Assembly: GCA_029864065.1 (NCBI GenBank)
Contig: JAOTUD010000001.1
Coordinates: 1 to 30,672, forward strand
Reading direction: 5' to 3'
Origin: Gammaproteobacteria bacterium
GTDB lineage: Bacteria > Pseudomonadota > Gammaproteobacteria > GCA-001735895
DNA length: 30,672 nt
This document shows positions 1 through 9,379 of the stretch, in pieces (positions within the stretch are counted from its first letter, which is position 1; each line of letters begins with the position of its first letter). Below the pieces are notes generated by a model. That model saw only the letters and a list, made by a program, of their open reading frames with translations. It made no database searches and was not told where the DNA came from. The position numbers were made by a program, and so were the translations under genes.

Positions 1-537
1 GGATTCGAATTTGTCAACCAGGTCGCGGGCGGCGCGATACCGTCCCAGTTCATTCCTGCAGTAGAGAAAGGAGTGCGGCAGGTGCTGGACCAGGGCCCGC
101 TGGCGGGTTATGCCATGCAGGATATTCGCGTCATTGTCTACGATGGCAAGCACCACTCGGTAGACTCGAAAGAAGTGGCATTCATGGCTGCGGGGAAAAA
201 AGCCTTCATCGATGCGATCTTGAAGGCCGTACCGATCGTGCTAGAACCCATCGTCAAGACTTCGATCGTGGTGCCCGCCAACTGCGTTGGTGATATAACC
301 GGTGATCTTGCTGCCAGACGCGGCATGATCAGCGGAACCCTGTCGCAGCCCGATGATCGCATCGAAATCACCGCCGAGGTGCCCTTGAGTGAGCTAGCCA
401 ATTACCAGTCGACGTTAAAATCGGTGAGTGGCGGCGAAGGCAACTACAATTTCGTCTTCAGCCATTACAGCCCGGTACCGCCCGCTAAACAGAAGGAACT
501 GGTGAACGCTTATGCTCCGGGGGAACCGGTCGACTGA
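1..537 (+). CDS. fusA: Elongation factor G family protein, C-terminal part (5'-truncated by window edge); probably an EF-G paralog
   Basis: Frame 1 is open from base 1 (GFEFVNQVAGGAIPSQFIPAVEKG...). It contains EF-G domain IV/V motifs YDGKHHSVDS and LEPI...VGDITGDLAARRG. No tuf follows it. Confidence 0.9.
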   Translation, partial: GFEFVNQVAGGAIPSQFIPAVEKGVRQVLDQGPLAGYAMQDIRVIVYDGKHHSVDSKEVAFMAAGKKAFIDAILKAVPIVLEPIVKTSIVVPANCVGDITGDLAARRGMISGTLSQPDDRIEITAEVPLSELANYQSTLKSVSGGEGNYNFVFSHYSPVPPAKQKELVNAYAPGEPVD

Positions 538-718
538 CTAGAGCGAATAAATACCTCCTTCCCTCTACGCTAACCTTGCGCCGCGGGCGAACGCCTTGGA
601 TCGATTTCGTCTGGTCGGAGATTTTTTCTCAGTGTCTGCATTTTAGTGTTTAGCAAGCTGCCAAGGTTGGCGAATTTAGTCGAAATCAATGAATAGATCG
701 ATCAGGAAGTCTGCGCGT

Positions 719-1912
719 TTAAGGTTTTAGTGCGCGATAGACCACATTGCGGAAATCCCGGCGGCCGGCGTGGTGCAGCGACGGCAGGTATTGTTGCATC
801 AGGATCGCAACCAGCTGCTCGGCGGGATCGACCCAACAGTAGGTGTCCGCCATGCCACCCCAGCCGAAGTCGCCCGCCGAGCCGGCGGCGGCGGTGTGGG
901 CCGGGTCGATGTTGACGCAATAACCGAGGCCGAAGCCGTAGCCGCTGAATTCCGCCGGCGCGACGCCGTTGAAACTCATCGGCAGCAGTTTCTCGGGGAC
1001 GTGGTTCTGGGTCATCAGGCTGACGGTTTCGGGTTTGATAACACGGTAACCGTTAAATTCGCCGCCGTTCAACATCATCTGCGCGAAGCGCCAGTAGTCG
1101 CGCGCGGTCGACGTCAGGCCGCCACCGCCTGAATGCAGTCGCACCGGGATGCCCGACAGCGCCGATATAAACGGCGAAGTCTCGTTGTGCTCGAGCTGCG
1201 CCAGCGGATCGTCGTCGGTGTAACCGTACAGGATCGCGAAGCGATCGATCTTGTCCGCGCTTACTTCGAACGAGGTGTCGGTCATTCCAAGCGGATCGAA
1301 AATGGTCTGCTGCAGGTAATCGGCCAGCGGCATGCCGCTCATCAGTTCGACCAGGTAGCCGCAGATGTCTGTCGCGATGCTGTAATGCCACAGGGTGCCG
1401 GGCTGCGCGACCAGCGGGAACTCGAACAGGATCTGCAGCACCTGTTCCATGGTCTGGTCCTGGATACGGCCGCGCCAGACTTTTGCATAGAGCTCGTCGA
1501 CTGGAAACTTGTCGGGTTGGAATCCGTAGCTGAAGCCCGCGGTATGGGTCAGCAGCTGGCGGATCGTGATGTCGGATTCGATCTTGCCCTGCTGGTAAAC
1601 CTCGAGGTTCGCGAGCGCGGGAATCCAGCGTCTTGCGGCATCGTCCAGCTCGAAGTGACCCTGCTCCATCAGAGTCATCAGCGAGACGCTGGTAATCGGC
1701 TTGGTCATCGAGTAGATGCGAAAAATAGTATCCTCGCAAATCGGTGTCCCGCCCGCGATATCGGCGTGACCGTGACAGCCGAGATACTCGATTTTGCCGC
1801 CGCGGCTCACCAGGGCCAGCATGCCGGCCGATTTGCCGGAGACGACATAGCTCGCCATCATTTGCTCGATCGCCTGTGGGTTGAACCCGGTGCCCTCGCC
1901 GGATTTTTTCAT
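719..1912 (-). CDS. Serine hydrolase, beta-lactamase/class C esterase family
   Basis: 397 aa. SxxK motif (FRIYSMTK), LLTHTAG, WHYS tyrosine motif, FGWGG near the C-terminus. Confidence 0.88.
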   Translation of the reverse strand: MKKSGEGTGFNPQAIEQMMASYVVSGKSAGMLALVSRGGKIEYLGCHGHADIAGGTPICEDTIFRIYSMTKPITSVSLMTLMEQGHFELDDAARRWIPALANLEVYQQGKIESDITIRQLLTHTAGFSYGFQPDKFPVDELYAKVWRGRIQDQTMEQVLQILFEFPLVAQPGTLWHYSIATDICGYLVELMSGMPLADYLQQTIFDPLGMTDTSFEVSADKIDRFAILYGYTDDDPLAQLEHNETSPFISALSGIPVRLHSGGGGLTSTARDYWRFAQMMLNGGEFNGYRVIKPETVSLMTQNHVPEKLLPMSFNGVAPAEFSGYGFGLGYCVNIDPAHTAAAGSAGDFGWGGMADTYCWVDPAEQLVAILMQQYLPSLHHAGRRDFRNVVYRALKP

Positions 1913-3198
1913 ATCGAAAATCCTTTCAGCGCGGTGTCGATCGCGGCAACCGTTTTATCGGCGTCGGATCGCGAAAAGGGTAGCGGCGGCCGCAATTTCA
2001 GGACCTGGCCGTAGCGGCCCGAGGTACCGGTGATTACACCCTGTTCGGCGATGAGGCTGCCCAGGTGCCGCAATTGCTCGCGCGACAGCGGTTCGCGCGA
2101 ATCCCTGTCCGCGACCATGTCCAGGCCCCAGAACAGGCCGAAGCCCTGCACGTCGCCGATCGGTTCGTGGCGCCCGGCCAGTTCGCGCAAACCCGCCTCG
2201 AGGTAAGCGCCGGTTTCGAGAGCGTTGTGCAGCAGGCCCTCGCTTTCGATGACGTCGATCACCGCCTTGCCCACCGCTGCCGATACCGGGTTGCCGCCGA
2301 AGGTGTTGAAATAATGATAGTGGCGCGAGTAATCGTCGATGACGTCGCGCGTGGTCGCCATCAGCGCGAGCGGATGGCCGGCGCCCATGGGCTTGCCGCA
2401 GGTCAGGATATCGGGCTGGAACCCGTAGTTGTTGCAATTCCACCAGTCCTTGCCGCTGCGACAGTATCCCGACTGCACCTCGTCGGCGATGACGAGCCCG
2501 CCGCGCTTGCGTACCTCGGCGCACAACCCGAGCACGTAGTCGGTCGGCGCCAGCAGAGGTCCGTTCGAATCCCAGGCCACGTCGATCATCACCGCGGCCG
2601 GTTTATAACCGCGCTGCTCGAGCCGGTCCAGCTCCTGGCGCGCCAGCTCGAGATACCTGGCGCCGGCCTCGGGATCGTCACGGTGGTAAGGGCCGCGATA
2701 AAGGTTGGGCGGTTCGATTACGGCGAGCCAGTCCGGCCGGTCCTCGGGCGGGTAACTGTCGGTAGAAAGCCTGCGTGTCAGCTCGGAGACGCCATGATAA
2801 GACGCCTCGGTCACGATCAGGCCCTGCTGCCCGCTGACGTGGCGCGCGACCTGCGCGGCGAGGTCGTTGGCCTCGCTGCCGGTGCAGGTAAATATGCAGA
2901 TCTCGATATCGCCGGGCATTCTTTCGACCAGCATCTCACCGAGCTCGACGATCCCCTCATGCAGGTAGCGCGTATGCGTATTGAGCGTGGCGGCCTGCTT
3001 GCACAGCGCCTCGACCACCCGCGGGTGGCAGTGCCCGACCGAAACCACGTTGTTGTAGCAGTCGACGTACTGGCGGCCGTCGGCGTCCCATAGCGCGGTG
3101 CCGGAACCTCGCACCAGGTGTAGCGGCCGATCGTAAAAATTCTGGTAGGTCGGGCCGAGCGTTTTCAGGCGGCGTGCGATCAATTCCTGGTTGTTCAT
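1909..3198 (-). CDS. Class III PLP-dependent aminotransferase (AGXT2L/phospholyase-like or GABA-AT-like)
   Basis: 429 aa. YVDCYNNV..VGHCHP, DEVQSGYCRSG, PLP lysine in CGKPMG, FNTFGGNP. 4-bp overlap with the downstream serine hydrolase. Confidence 0.9.
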   Translation of the reverse strand: MNNQELIARRLKTLGPTYQNFYDRPLHLVRGSGTALWDADGRQYVDCYNNVVSVGHCHPRVVEALCKQAATLNTHTRYLHEGIVELGEMLVERMPGDIEICIFTCTGSEANDLAAQVARHVSGQQGLIVTEASYHGVSELTRRLSTDSYPPEDRPDWLAVIEPPNLYRGPYHRDDPEAGARYLELARQELDRLEQRGYKPAAVMIDVAWDSNGPLLAPTDYVLGLCAEVRKRGGLVIADEVQSGYCRSGKDWWNCNNYGFQPDILTCGKPMGAGHPLALMATTRDVIDDYSRHYHYFNTFGGNPVSAAVGKAVIDVIESEGLLHNALETGAYLEAGLRELAGRHEPIGDVQGFGLFWGLDMVADRDSREPLSREQLRHLGSLIAEQGVITGTSGRYGQVLKLRPPLPFSRSDADKTVAAIDTALKGFSI

Positions 3199-3221
3199 GT
3201 GTGGAGATCCTTCAGTGGATT

Positions 3222-4109
3222 TCAGGATTCGATGCGAACCCGGGTATCGCCGCCGAGTATCGGTTTGGTCAAACTGATGCTCATGCCCTCGGCAGCGCAG
3301 ACGCTGCGCGTGGGCGCGCGGTGAGACTTGAGGTAGTTCTGATTTTCGATCTGGATTTCATCGAGTTCGGAGTCGCTTCGATCGGGGTCGTGGTGGAACA
3401 TGACCAGCGTGCCGACCTCGGCATCGGTCGCCAGCTGTCGGGCCTGGGAAATCAGCGTGTGTCCCCAGCCGTGCTTGTGCGGCATGTCGTCCTCGGTGTA
3501 CTGCGCATCGTGAATCAGGACGTCGACGCCGTGCAGGTAGTTGACCCATTGATCGTAACTGGTAACGGGTTTGTGCGGCGGAACGAGTTCATTGTCGGTG
3601 ACATAGGCGCAGGTAGCGCCGTTTTCATTGATCTTGTAGGCAACGCCGCCACCGGGGTGATTCAGTTTCTGCTTGATTAACTTGATGCCCTCGCGCTCGT
3701 AAAGCTCGCTTTCGATCCCTTTGAACTTCGCAATATTGTACGATGGCAGGTCTTCGGCCTTCACCGGAAAATGCGTTCCGTCCATTTGCTCGAACAGCTT
3801 GCTCAACAGTTTGTGGCCCGACTCCACGCTGATGTAAACGTTGATCTCACGATCCGGCTGGTAAATGGGTTCGAAAAACGGGTAGCCCTGGATGTGGTCC
3901 CAGTGGCCATGCGACAGCAATATGCTGACCGGGGTCGATTTCCTTGCGAGCTCGCGCCCGAGCAGCCGAATGCCGGTGCCGGCATCGAGGATCAGGTCGT
4001 GCCCGCTTTCCAGTTCGATGTGAACGCAGGAAGTATTGCCGCCGTACTTCGCGGTGAGCGGCCCGGGCACCGCCGTCGATCCCCTGACTCCAAAAAAGGT
4101 GATTTTCAT
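3222..4109 (-). CDS. MBL-fold metallo-hydrolase (RNase Z/cyclic-nucleotide phosphodiesterase-like)
   Basis: 295 aa. FFGVRGS, YGGNTSC, ILDAGTG, HxHxDH motif (SHGHWDH), LNHPG, HDAQY, FHHDP. Confidence 0.88.
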   Translation of the reverse strand: MKITFFGVRGSTAVPGPLTAKYGGNTSCVHIELESGHDLILDAGTGIRLLGRELARKSTPVSILLSHGHWDHIQGYPFFEPIYQPDREINVYISVESGHKLLSKLFEQMDGTHFPVKAEDLPSYNIAKFKGIESELYEREGIKLIKQKLNHPGGGVAYKINENGATCAYVTDNELVPPHKPVTSYDQWVNYLHGVDVLIHDAQYTEDDMPHKHGWGHTLISQARQLATDAEVGTLVMFHHDPDRSDSELDEIQIENQNYLKSHRAPTRSVCAAEGMSISLTKPILGGDTRVRIES

Positions 4110-4121
4110 TGGCCTCGATCG

Positions 4122-5048
4122 TTACGACGATTCGGCGATTGCAATTTTTTTAACCTTGTCGAGTTCATCTTCTTCGTCCGGCGTCACCAGTACCAGCCCG
4201 AGCAACATGACGATCACCGATATCCAGATCCAGACGGTATGCTGTTCAGCGAAGATAATGATACCCCAGATCACGCCCGAAATGGTCACGACATAGGCGC
4301 ACTGGCTCGCGAACACGGGACCGGAAGTCTTGATCGTGTAAAAAAACATCGAGTAGGCAAAGCCGCTGCCAACGGCGATACCGATGACCGCGACCCCCGC
4401 GTCGGTCGCGAGCCAGGTCCAGGATTCGTCGACACCGAGGTAGATCGCCAGCGGAAACTGCAGCAGGATCGCGACCAGGTTCGAGCCGAACAGGAATTCG
4501 CGGATGTCGATATGCGCCGGAATGCCGCGGCCGATATAGACGTTTTCGACCGCGTACAACAACGCGCAGACCACCACCAGCAGGATCCAGAAGCTCGCGT
4601 CGTCGCTGCTGAGTCCCTGGTCGGGAACGACCAGCAGCAGGATTGCGGTCATGCCGAGCACGATTCCCGCAAGGCGGCGCGCGATGACGGATTCGAAGCG
4701 CAGCACCAGCATGATCGCATAGGTAAACAGCGGCACCGTCGACACCGTTATCGCGAGGATGCCGGCGGACAGATGCGGCGCGGCGTAGTAATAGAGCAGG
4801 TTCGGCGCGGTAATGCCAACCAGCGCCAGCACCACGTAATGGCGCAGATTTTTCAGATCGAACAACGTGACACGCGACACCAGGCAGGCGATCAGGAAGA
4901 ACAGCGCGGTCAGCACCACCTGCCACGCCGACAGTCCCAGCGGATGCGCGCCCTCTGCGGTCGCGATCAGCGCGAACGAAAAGGTTACGCCCCAGATCGC
5001 ACCGGACCCGAGGATCATCAGGTAGGGGAAGAGTCGATGCTCGGTCAT
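4122..5048 (-). CDS. DMT/EamA family transporter
   Basis: 308 aa with about 10 hydrophobic segments, N-terminal GAIWG motif, two-repeat EamA layout. Confidence 0.85.
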   Translation of the reverse strand: MTEHRLFPYLMILGSGAIWGVTFSFALIATAEGAHPLGLSAWQVVLTALFFLIACLVSRVTLFDLKNLRHYVVLALVGITAPNLLYYYAAPHLSAGILAITVSTVPLFTYAIMLVLRFESVIARRLAGIVLGMTAILLLVVPDQGLSSDDASFWILLVVVCALLYAVENVYIGRGIPAHIDIREFLFGSNLVAILLQFPLAIYLGVDESWTWLATDAGVAVIGIAVGSGFAYSMFFYTIKTSGPVFASQCAYVVTISGVIWGIIIFAEQHTVWIWISVIVMLLGLVLVTPDEEDELDKVKKIAIAESS

Positions 5049-5172
5049 TCAGGTTCCGTCGGGGCAGGATTCCTGTAAAACGCCGATTATAGAGAGCAAA
5101 CTGCCGTGCCGGTATGTATTTTTCGCGGCCAGTCGACGACAATCGGATACCGGCAGCCGCGGTATAAACAAC

Positions 5173-5922
5173 ATGAACTATCAAACAGTCGAATACGAGG
5201 TCCGTGCAGGGGTCGCTAGCGTGTGCCTGAACCGGCCCGAATGCCTGAACGCGATGAACCGGCAACTGGTCGACGACGTTGCGAACGCCTTTCGCCAGGC
5301 CAATCGCGACCCGCAGGCCGGCGTGATCCTGTTTTGCGGCGCCGGGCGCGCCTTTTGTGCCGGAGACGATCGTCGGGCGCATCAGCATTTTGCCGACGAG
5401 GCCAGCGCGCGCGAGTTCGTCGATGCGATCCAGCAGGCGACGCGTGAAATCCTGTTTGGCGAAAAACTGGTCGTCGGCGCGGTGCAGGGATGGGCGGTCG
5501 GTGGCGGATTCGAGTGGGCGCTCAACTGCGACCTGTCCGTATGGGGCAGGGGCGCGCGCGCGTTTTTCCCGGAAGTGTCGTTGAACCTGCTGGTCACCGG
5601 CGGCGTCACGTCGTTGCTGCCGGCGATCGTCGGACTCGGCAAGGCGCGCGAGATGCTGCTGCTGGGTGAGCGCTACGATGCGCAGCAGCTGCATGATATC
5701 GGCATCGCCTGGCGCGTGGTCGACGACGACCGCCTGATGGACGAGGCCCGCGCGCTCGCCGCGCGTCTCGCGGACCTGCCCCGGTCATCGACGCGCGCGA
5801 TGAAACGCGTGCTGAACCAGGTCGGGGCGCAGTCGATCGAAACCGCGCTGCAGCTCGAAACCGAGGCGACGGTTGCCGGGTTTCTCGATCCGGAAACAAC
5901 CCGCTTGTTGCAGGACTTCTGA
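5173..5922 (+). CDS. Enoyl-CoA hydratase/isomerase family protein
   Basis: 249 aa. LNRPECLNAMN, GRAFCAGDD, GWAVGGGFE and FFPE (both catalytic Glu present). Confidence 0.9.
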   Translation: MNYQTVEYEVRAGVASVCLNRPECLNAMNRQLVDDVANAFRQANRDPQAGVILFCGAGRAFCAGDDRRAHQHFADEASAREFVDAIQQATREILFGEKLVVGAVQGWAVGGGFEWALNCDLSVWGRGARAFFPEVSLNLLVTGGVTSLLPAIVGLGKAREMLLLGERYDAQQLHDIGIAWRVVDDDRLMDEARALAARLADLPRSSTRAMKRVLNQVGAQSIETALQLETEATVAGFLDPETTRLLQDF

Positions 5923-6001
5923 AAATTCACTTGCACAACAGGTCGCTTCACGGCACATTTCGCATTCGTAATTTCTGTCGCTATTCCAGGAAAGTCTAAA
6001 A

Positions 6002-7429
6002 ATGGATCACCTCAAGTTTTTTATCGACGGCGCATGGGTCGACCCGGTGACGCCGGCGACGATCGACGTTATCAATCCCGCCACCGAAGAAGTCTTTACC
6101 CGGATCAGCGCGGGCAGCCCCGAGGATGTCGACCGCGCCGTGGTCGCGGCGCGCAGGGCGTTTACCAGTTACTCGGCGTGGAGCGTCCAGCAAAGGCTCG
6201 AGTTACTCGAAAAAATACGCGTTTTATACAAGGACTATTTCGACGATATCGCGCAGGCGATTTCGGACGAAATGGGGGCGCCGATCGATCTCGCGCGCGG
6301 TTCGCAGGCCAAGCTCGGCGCCGGGCATATCAAGAGCGCGATCAAGGCGCTGCTTAACTTCAAGTTCGAAAGCATCGAGGAAGACATGATACTGCGCTAC
6401 GAGCCGATCGGCGTGTGCGGCATGATCACGCCGTGGAACTGGCCGATGAACCAGGTTGCGGTCAAGGTCATCCCGGCGCTTGCGGCCGGCTGCTCGATGC
6501 TGCTGAAACCGAGCGAGGAGTCGCCGCTGGACGCGATGATTGTCGCCGAGATGCTGCACCAGGCGGGCGTCCCCGCGGGCGTGTTCAACCTCGTCAACGG
6601 CTTTGGCCCGGTGGTCGGCGAAGCGATGTCGCGGCATCCGGGTATCGACATGATGTCTTTTACCGGTTCGACCCGCGGCGGTATCGCGGTGGCCAGGGCC
6701 GCGGCCGACACGGTCAAGCGCGTCGGCCAGGAGCTCGGCGGCAAGTCGCCCAATATCATCCTCAAGGACGCCGATATCGCCGCCGCGGTGACCGAGGGCG
6801 TGCACTACATGATGGGCAACAGCGGTCAGTCCTGTAACGCGCCGACGCGCATGCTGGTGCCCAACTCGATGCTGGACCAGGCGGTCGAGGCGGCAAAAGC
6901 CGCCGCCGAAAGCATCGGCGTCGACGATCCGTCGAAGCACGGTGACCATATCGGTCCGGTCGTCAACAAGACCCAGTTCGACAAGATCCAGGCGCTGATC
7001 CAGCAAGGTATAGACGAGGGCGCGACCCTGGTCACCGGCGGCACCGGTCGACCGGAACACCTGCCGAAGGGTTACTATGTGAAGCCAACCGTGTTCGCCA
7101 ACGTCGACAACAGCATGACGATTGCGCGCGAGGAAATCTTCGGGCCGGTGCTCGTGATCATCGGTTACGACAGCGAGGACGAGGCGGTCGAGATCGCCAA
7201 CGATACCGCCTACGGCCTGTCGGCCTACGTCTGTTCGACCGAAATGGAGCGCGCCAAGGCGGTTGCGCGGCGACTGCGCGCAGGCCAGGTCGCGATCAAC
7301 TACCTCGGCGGCGGCACCGATACGCCGTTTGGCGGCTACAAGCAGTCCGGCAACGGACGCGAAAAGGGCAGGTGGGGGCTGGAGGAATTTCTCGAACTCA
7401 AGGCGATCACCGGGTCGATGGCCGGATAG
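6002..7429 (+). CDS. NAD(P)-dependent aldehyde dehydrogenase
   Basis: 475 aa. ITPWNWP, KPSE, FTGST, ELGGKSP, catalytic Cys in NSGQSC, EEIFGPV, PFGGYKQSGNGRE. Confidence 0.95.
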   Translation: MDHLKFFIDGAWVDPVTPATIDVINPATEEVFTRISAGSPEDVDRAVVAARRAFTSYSAWSVQQRLELLEKIRVLYKDYFDDIAQAISDEMGAPIDLARGSQAKLGAGHIKSAIKALLNFKFESIEEDMILRYEPIGVCGMITPWNWPMNQVAVKVIPALAAGCSMLLKPSEESPLDAMIVAEMLHQAGVPAGVFNLVNGFGPVVGEAMSRHPGIDMMSFTGSTRGGIAVARAAADTVKRVGQELGGKSPNIILKDADIAAAVTEGVHYMMGNSGQSCNAPTRMLVPNSMLDQAVEAAKAAAESIGVDDPSKHGDHIGPVVNKTQFDKIQALIQQGIDEGATLVTGGTGRPEHLPKGYYVKPTVFANVDNSMTIAREEIFGPVLVIIGYDSEDEAVEIANDTAYGLSAYVCSTEMERAKAVARRLRAGQVAINYLGGGTDTPFGGYKQSGNGREKGRWGLEEFLELKAITGSMAG

Positions 7430-7433
7430 GCTC

Positions 7434-8213
7434 GTGTCCACGGCCTCCGTCAGTTTCGATTTTCACGGCAAGCGCGTGCTGGTCACGGGCGGAACATCGG
7501 GCATGGGCGCCGCCACCGCGATGGCCTTCGTCAGGGCCGGAGCCCGGGTTGTTATCACGGGTCGCAACCAGGAGCGTGCCCGGGGCGTCATGACTCGCTG
7601 CAAGGCCGCCAGGGGCAGCATTATCTTTGTCGCCGGCGATATTACCAATCGCAAGAAATGCGACCTGATCGTGACCGAGACGGCGGGAATACTCGACGGC
7701 CTCGATATCGTCGTCAATAGCGCCGGCATCATTTACCACGCGACCGCCGAGCAAACCACCGACGAGCAGTGGCTGCAGACGATGAACGTCAACGTCAACG
7801 GCATGTTCTATATCTGCCGTGCCGCGATTCCCCATCTGAAATCGAGCAGGGGCACGATCGTCAACATCGCGTCGGACGCGGCGCTGACCGGCAGCCCCCA
7901 TTTGACCGCCTATTGCGCCAGCAAGGGCGCCGTGTTGCAGATGACGCGCGCGATGGCGATCGACTACGCGCCCGACGGGATCCGCATCGTGCCGATATGT
8001 CCCGGCGATGTTGATACGCCGATGCTGCGCGGCGAGTTCCGCGATCGCGGCCTCGATGCCGAGACCGGGCTGCGCGAATCCGCCGAGGCCGTGCCGCTGA
8101 AGCGGGTCTGCAGCGCCGAGGAAGTCGCCGATATGGTGCTCTACGCCTGCAGCGATTCGGCGCGTTTCATTACCGGGTTCCCGCTGGTGCTGGACGGCGG
8201 CAACCGCGCCTGA
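7434..8213 (+). CDS. Classical SDR oxidoreductase
   Basis: Start reassigned to GTG 7434 (MSTASVSFDFHGKRVLVTGGTSGMG); the ORF-track start at 7263 overlaps the ALDH. TGxxxGxG, NSAG, YCASK motifs. Confidence 0.9.
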   Translation: MSTASVSFDFHGKRVLVTGGTSGMGAATAMAFVRAGARVVITGRNQERARGVMTRCKAARGSIIFVAGDITNRKKCDLIVTETAGILDGLDIVVNSAGIIYHATAEQTTDEQWLQTMNVNVNGMFYICRAAIPHLKSSRGTIVNIASDAALTGSPHLTAYCASKGAVLQMTRAMAIDYAPDGIRIVPICPGDVDTPMLRGEFRDRGLDAETGLRESAEAVPLKRVCSAEEVADMVLYACSDSARFITGFPLVLDGGNRA

Positions 8214-8345
8214 CGCGATGCGGCCGTTAGCGCCGCCACGGTTTCTCCGGCGCCAGCCCCGCTGCTTGTCACAATCCTCCTGAACGTTATCGCATAATGC
8301 TGCCGGAAACGTTAACATGGCGTTTCGTTTAACCGTGAGCGGTCC

Positions 8346-8945
8346 GTGAAAATCATTGTCATTGGCGCCAATGGCGCAGTCGGTAAAACCGCGGTCGACG
8401 CGCTAGCGCCGCGCCACGAAATCATCAAGGTCGGCCGCAACAGCGGCGATATCCAGGCGGATATCGAGGACATCGACAGCATCCGGGCGATGTACCGGCA
8501 GGTCGGCAAGGTCGATGCCGTGGTCAGCGCGGTTGGGCACGGTCATTTCGGCGCGGTCGATGCGATGACCAGCGAGCAATTCATGAAGGGTATCAATCAC
8601 AAGGTGCTGCCCCAGGTCAACCTCGTGCTCGAGGGTTTCGACTATATCAACGATGGCGGTTCGTTCACGCTGACCAGCGGCGTGCTCAATCGCGACCCGA
8701 TTCCCGGCGGTTCCTGCGCGGCCGCGGCCAACGGCGCGCTGGACGGCTTCGTGCTCGGCGCCGCGGTCGACATGCCGCGCGGTATTCGCATCAATTGCGT
8801 CAGCCCGGAAGTCCTCGAGGTATCGCGCGAGAAGTACGACGGTTTCTTCCGCGGCCACGTGCACGTATCCAACGAGGCGGTAGGCCTCGCCTACAGCAAG
8901 GCGGTCGAAGGCTGCCTGACCGGCCGGATATTCATCGTCGATTAA
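8346..8945 (+). CDS. Short atypical SDR (short-chain dehydrogenase lacking YxxxK)
   Basis: 199 aa. IIVIGANGAVG Rossmann motif, LTSGVL, ANGALDGFV, GIRINCVSP. Confidence 0.85.
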   Translation: MKIIVIGANGAVGKTAVDALAPRHEIIKVGRNSGDIQADIEDIDSIRAMYRQVGKVDAVVSAVGHGHFGAVDAMTSEQFMKGINHKVLPQVNLVLEGFDYINDGGSFTLTSGVLNRDPIPGGSCAAAANGALDGFVLGAAVDMPRGIRINCVSPEVLEVSREKYDGFFRGHVHVSNEAVGLAYSKAVEGCLTGRIFIVD

Positions 8946-8984
8946 CCCCCAGCCTCCAGTTTTTGGTCAGATCAAGAACTCCCC

Positions 8985-9001
8985 GGGACATAGGTTTTAA
9001 T
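8985..9001 (+). repeat. Possible degenerate half-site of the GGGACA-N6-TTAAT repeat family
   Basis: gggacataggttttaat has the same GGGACA-N6-TTAAT spacing as the copies at 11237 and 14133, but its middle differs. Confidence 0.35.
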
Positions 9002-9379
9002 CTGGCCGGTAACCTGGGACTTCAAGTTGCGCATACCGGTGTCCTCTGTTGGAAATGCGGACCCCTTTGACTCACCGCCTGATTTGAATGGCTCGAACAC
9101 AGGATTTGACAATAACTCGTTTTCTGGCAATGCGAAGAGGAGTCCATTCCGGTAACATTGCTCGGCGTTATGACAACTTACCCGCTAATCCGATTCACGG
9201 GCTCGCCTGCCAGGTATGCCGAGCGACCTCGACTGCATTGCCCCATGCATCCCCCTTTGCGACCGCCCCGTTGCCGCCCGGAACGGACCCTTGAACCGAG
9301 GCAATTATTCCGGAATTTCCCGAAGGCGCCTGGTGCCGCAAATGGTTGTTGGTTCACCTTTGACAGCCCGGGCCGTCGA

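Noticed and set aside
553-566. Anti-Shine-Dalgarno-like acctcctt suggesting a 16S 3' end or a minus-strand RBS
   Set aside because: No rRNA sequence surrounds it and no start codon follows on the minus strand.
5107-5155. 9-bp inverted repeat tgccggtat...ataccggca between divergent genes
   Set aside because: Short, GC-rich arms with a 31-nt spacer and no regulator nearby; it could be an operator but cannot be supported.
5950-5965. Sigma-54 promoter upstream of the ALDH (cGGcacatttcGCa)
   Set aside because: GG to GC spacing is 8 nt rather than the required 10.
8346-8945. SDR lacking catalytic YxxxK as a possible pseudo-enzyme novelty
   Set aside because: Absence of this motif is usual for this short atypical SDR subfamily, and the ORF is intact.
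9158-9379. N-terminal 74-aa extension of the histidine kinase given by the ORF track
   Set aside because: Pro/Arg-rich and low-complexity, with no SD. The signal-peptide-like segment begins at ATG 9380, although the true start remains uncertain.
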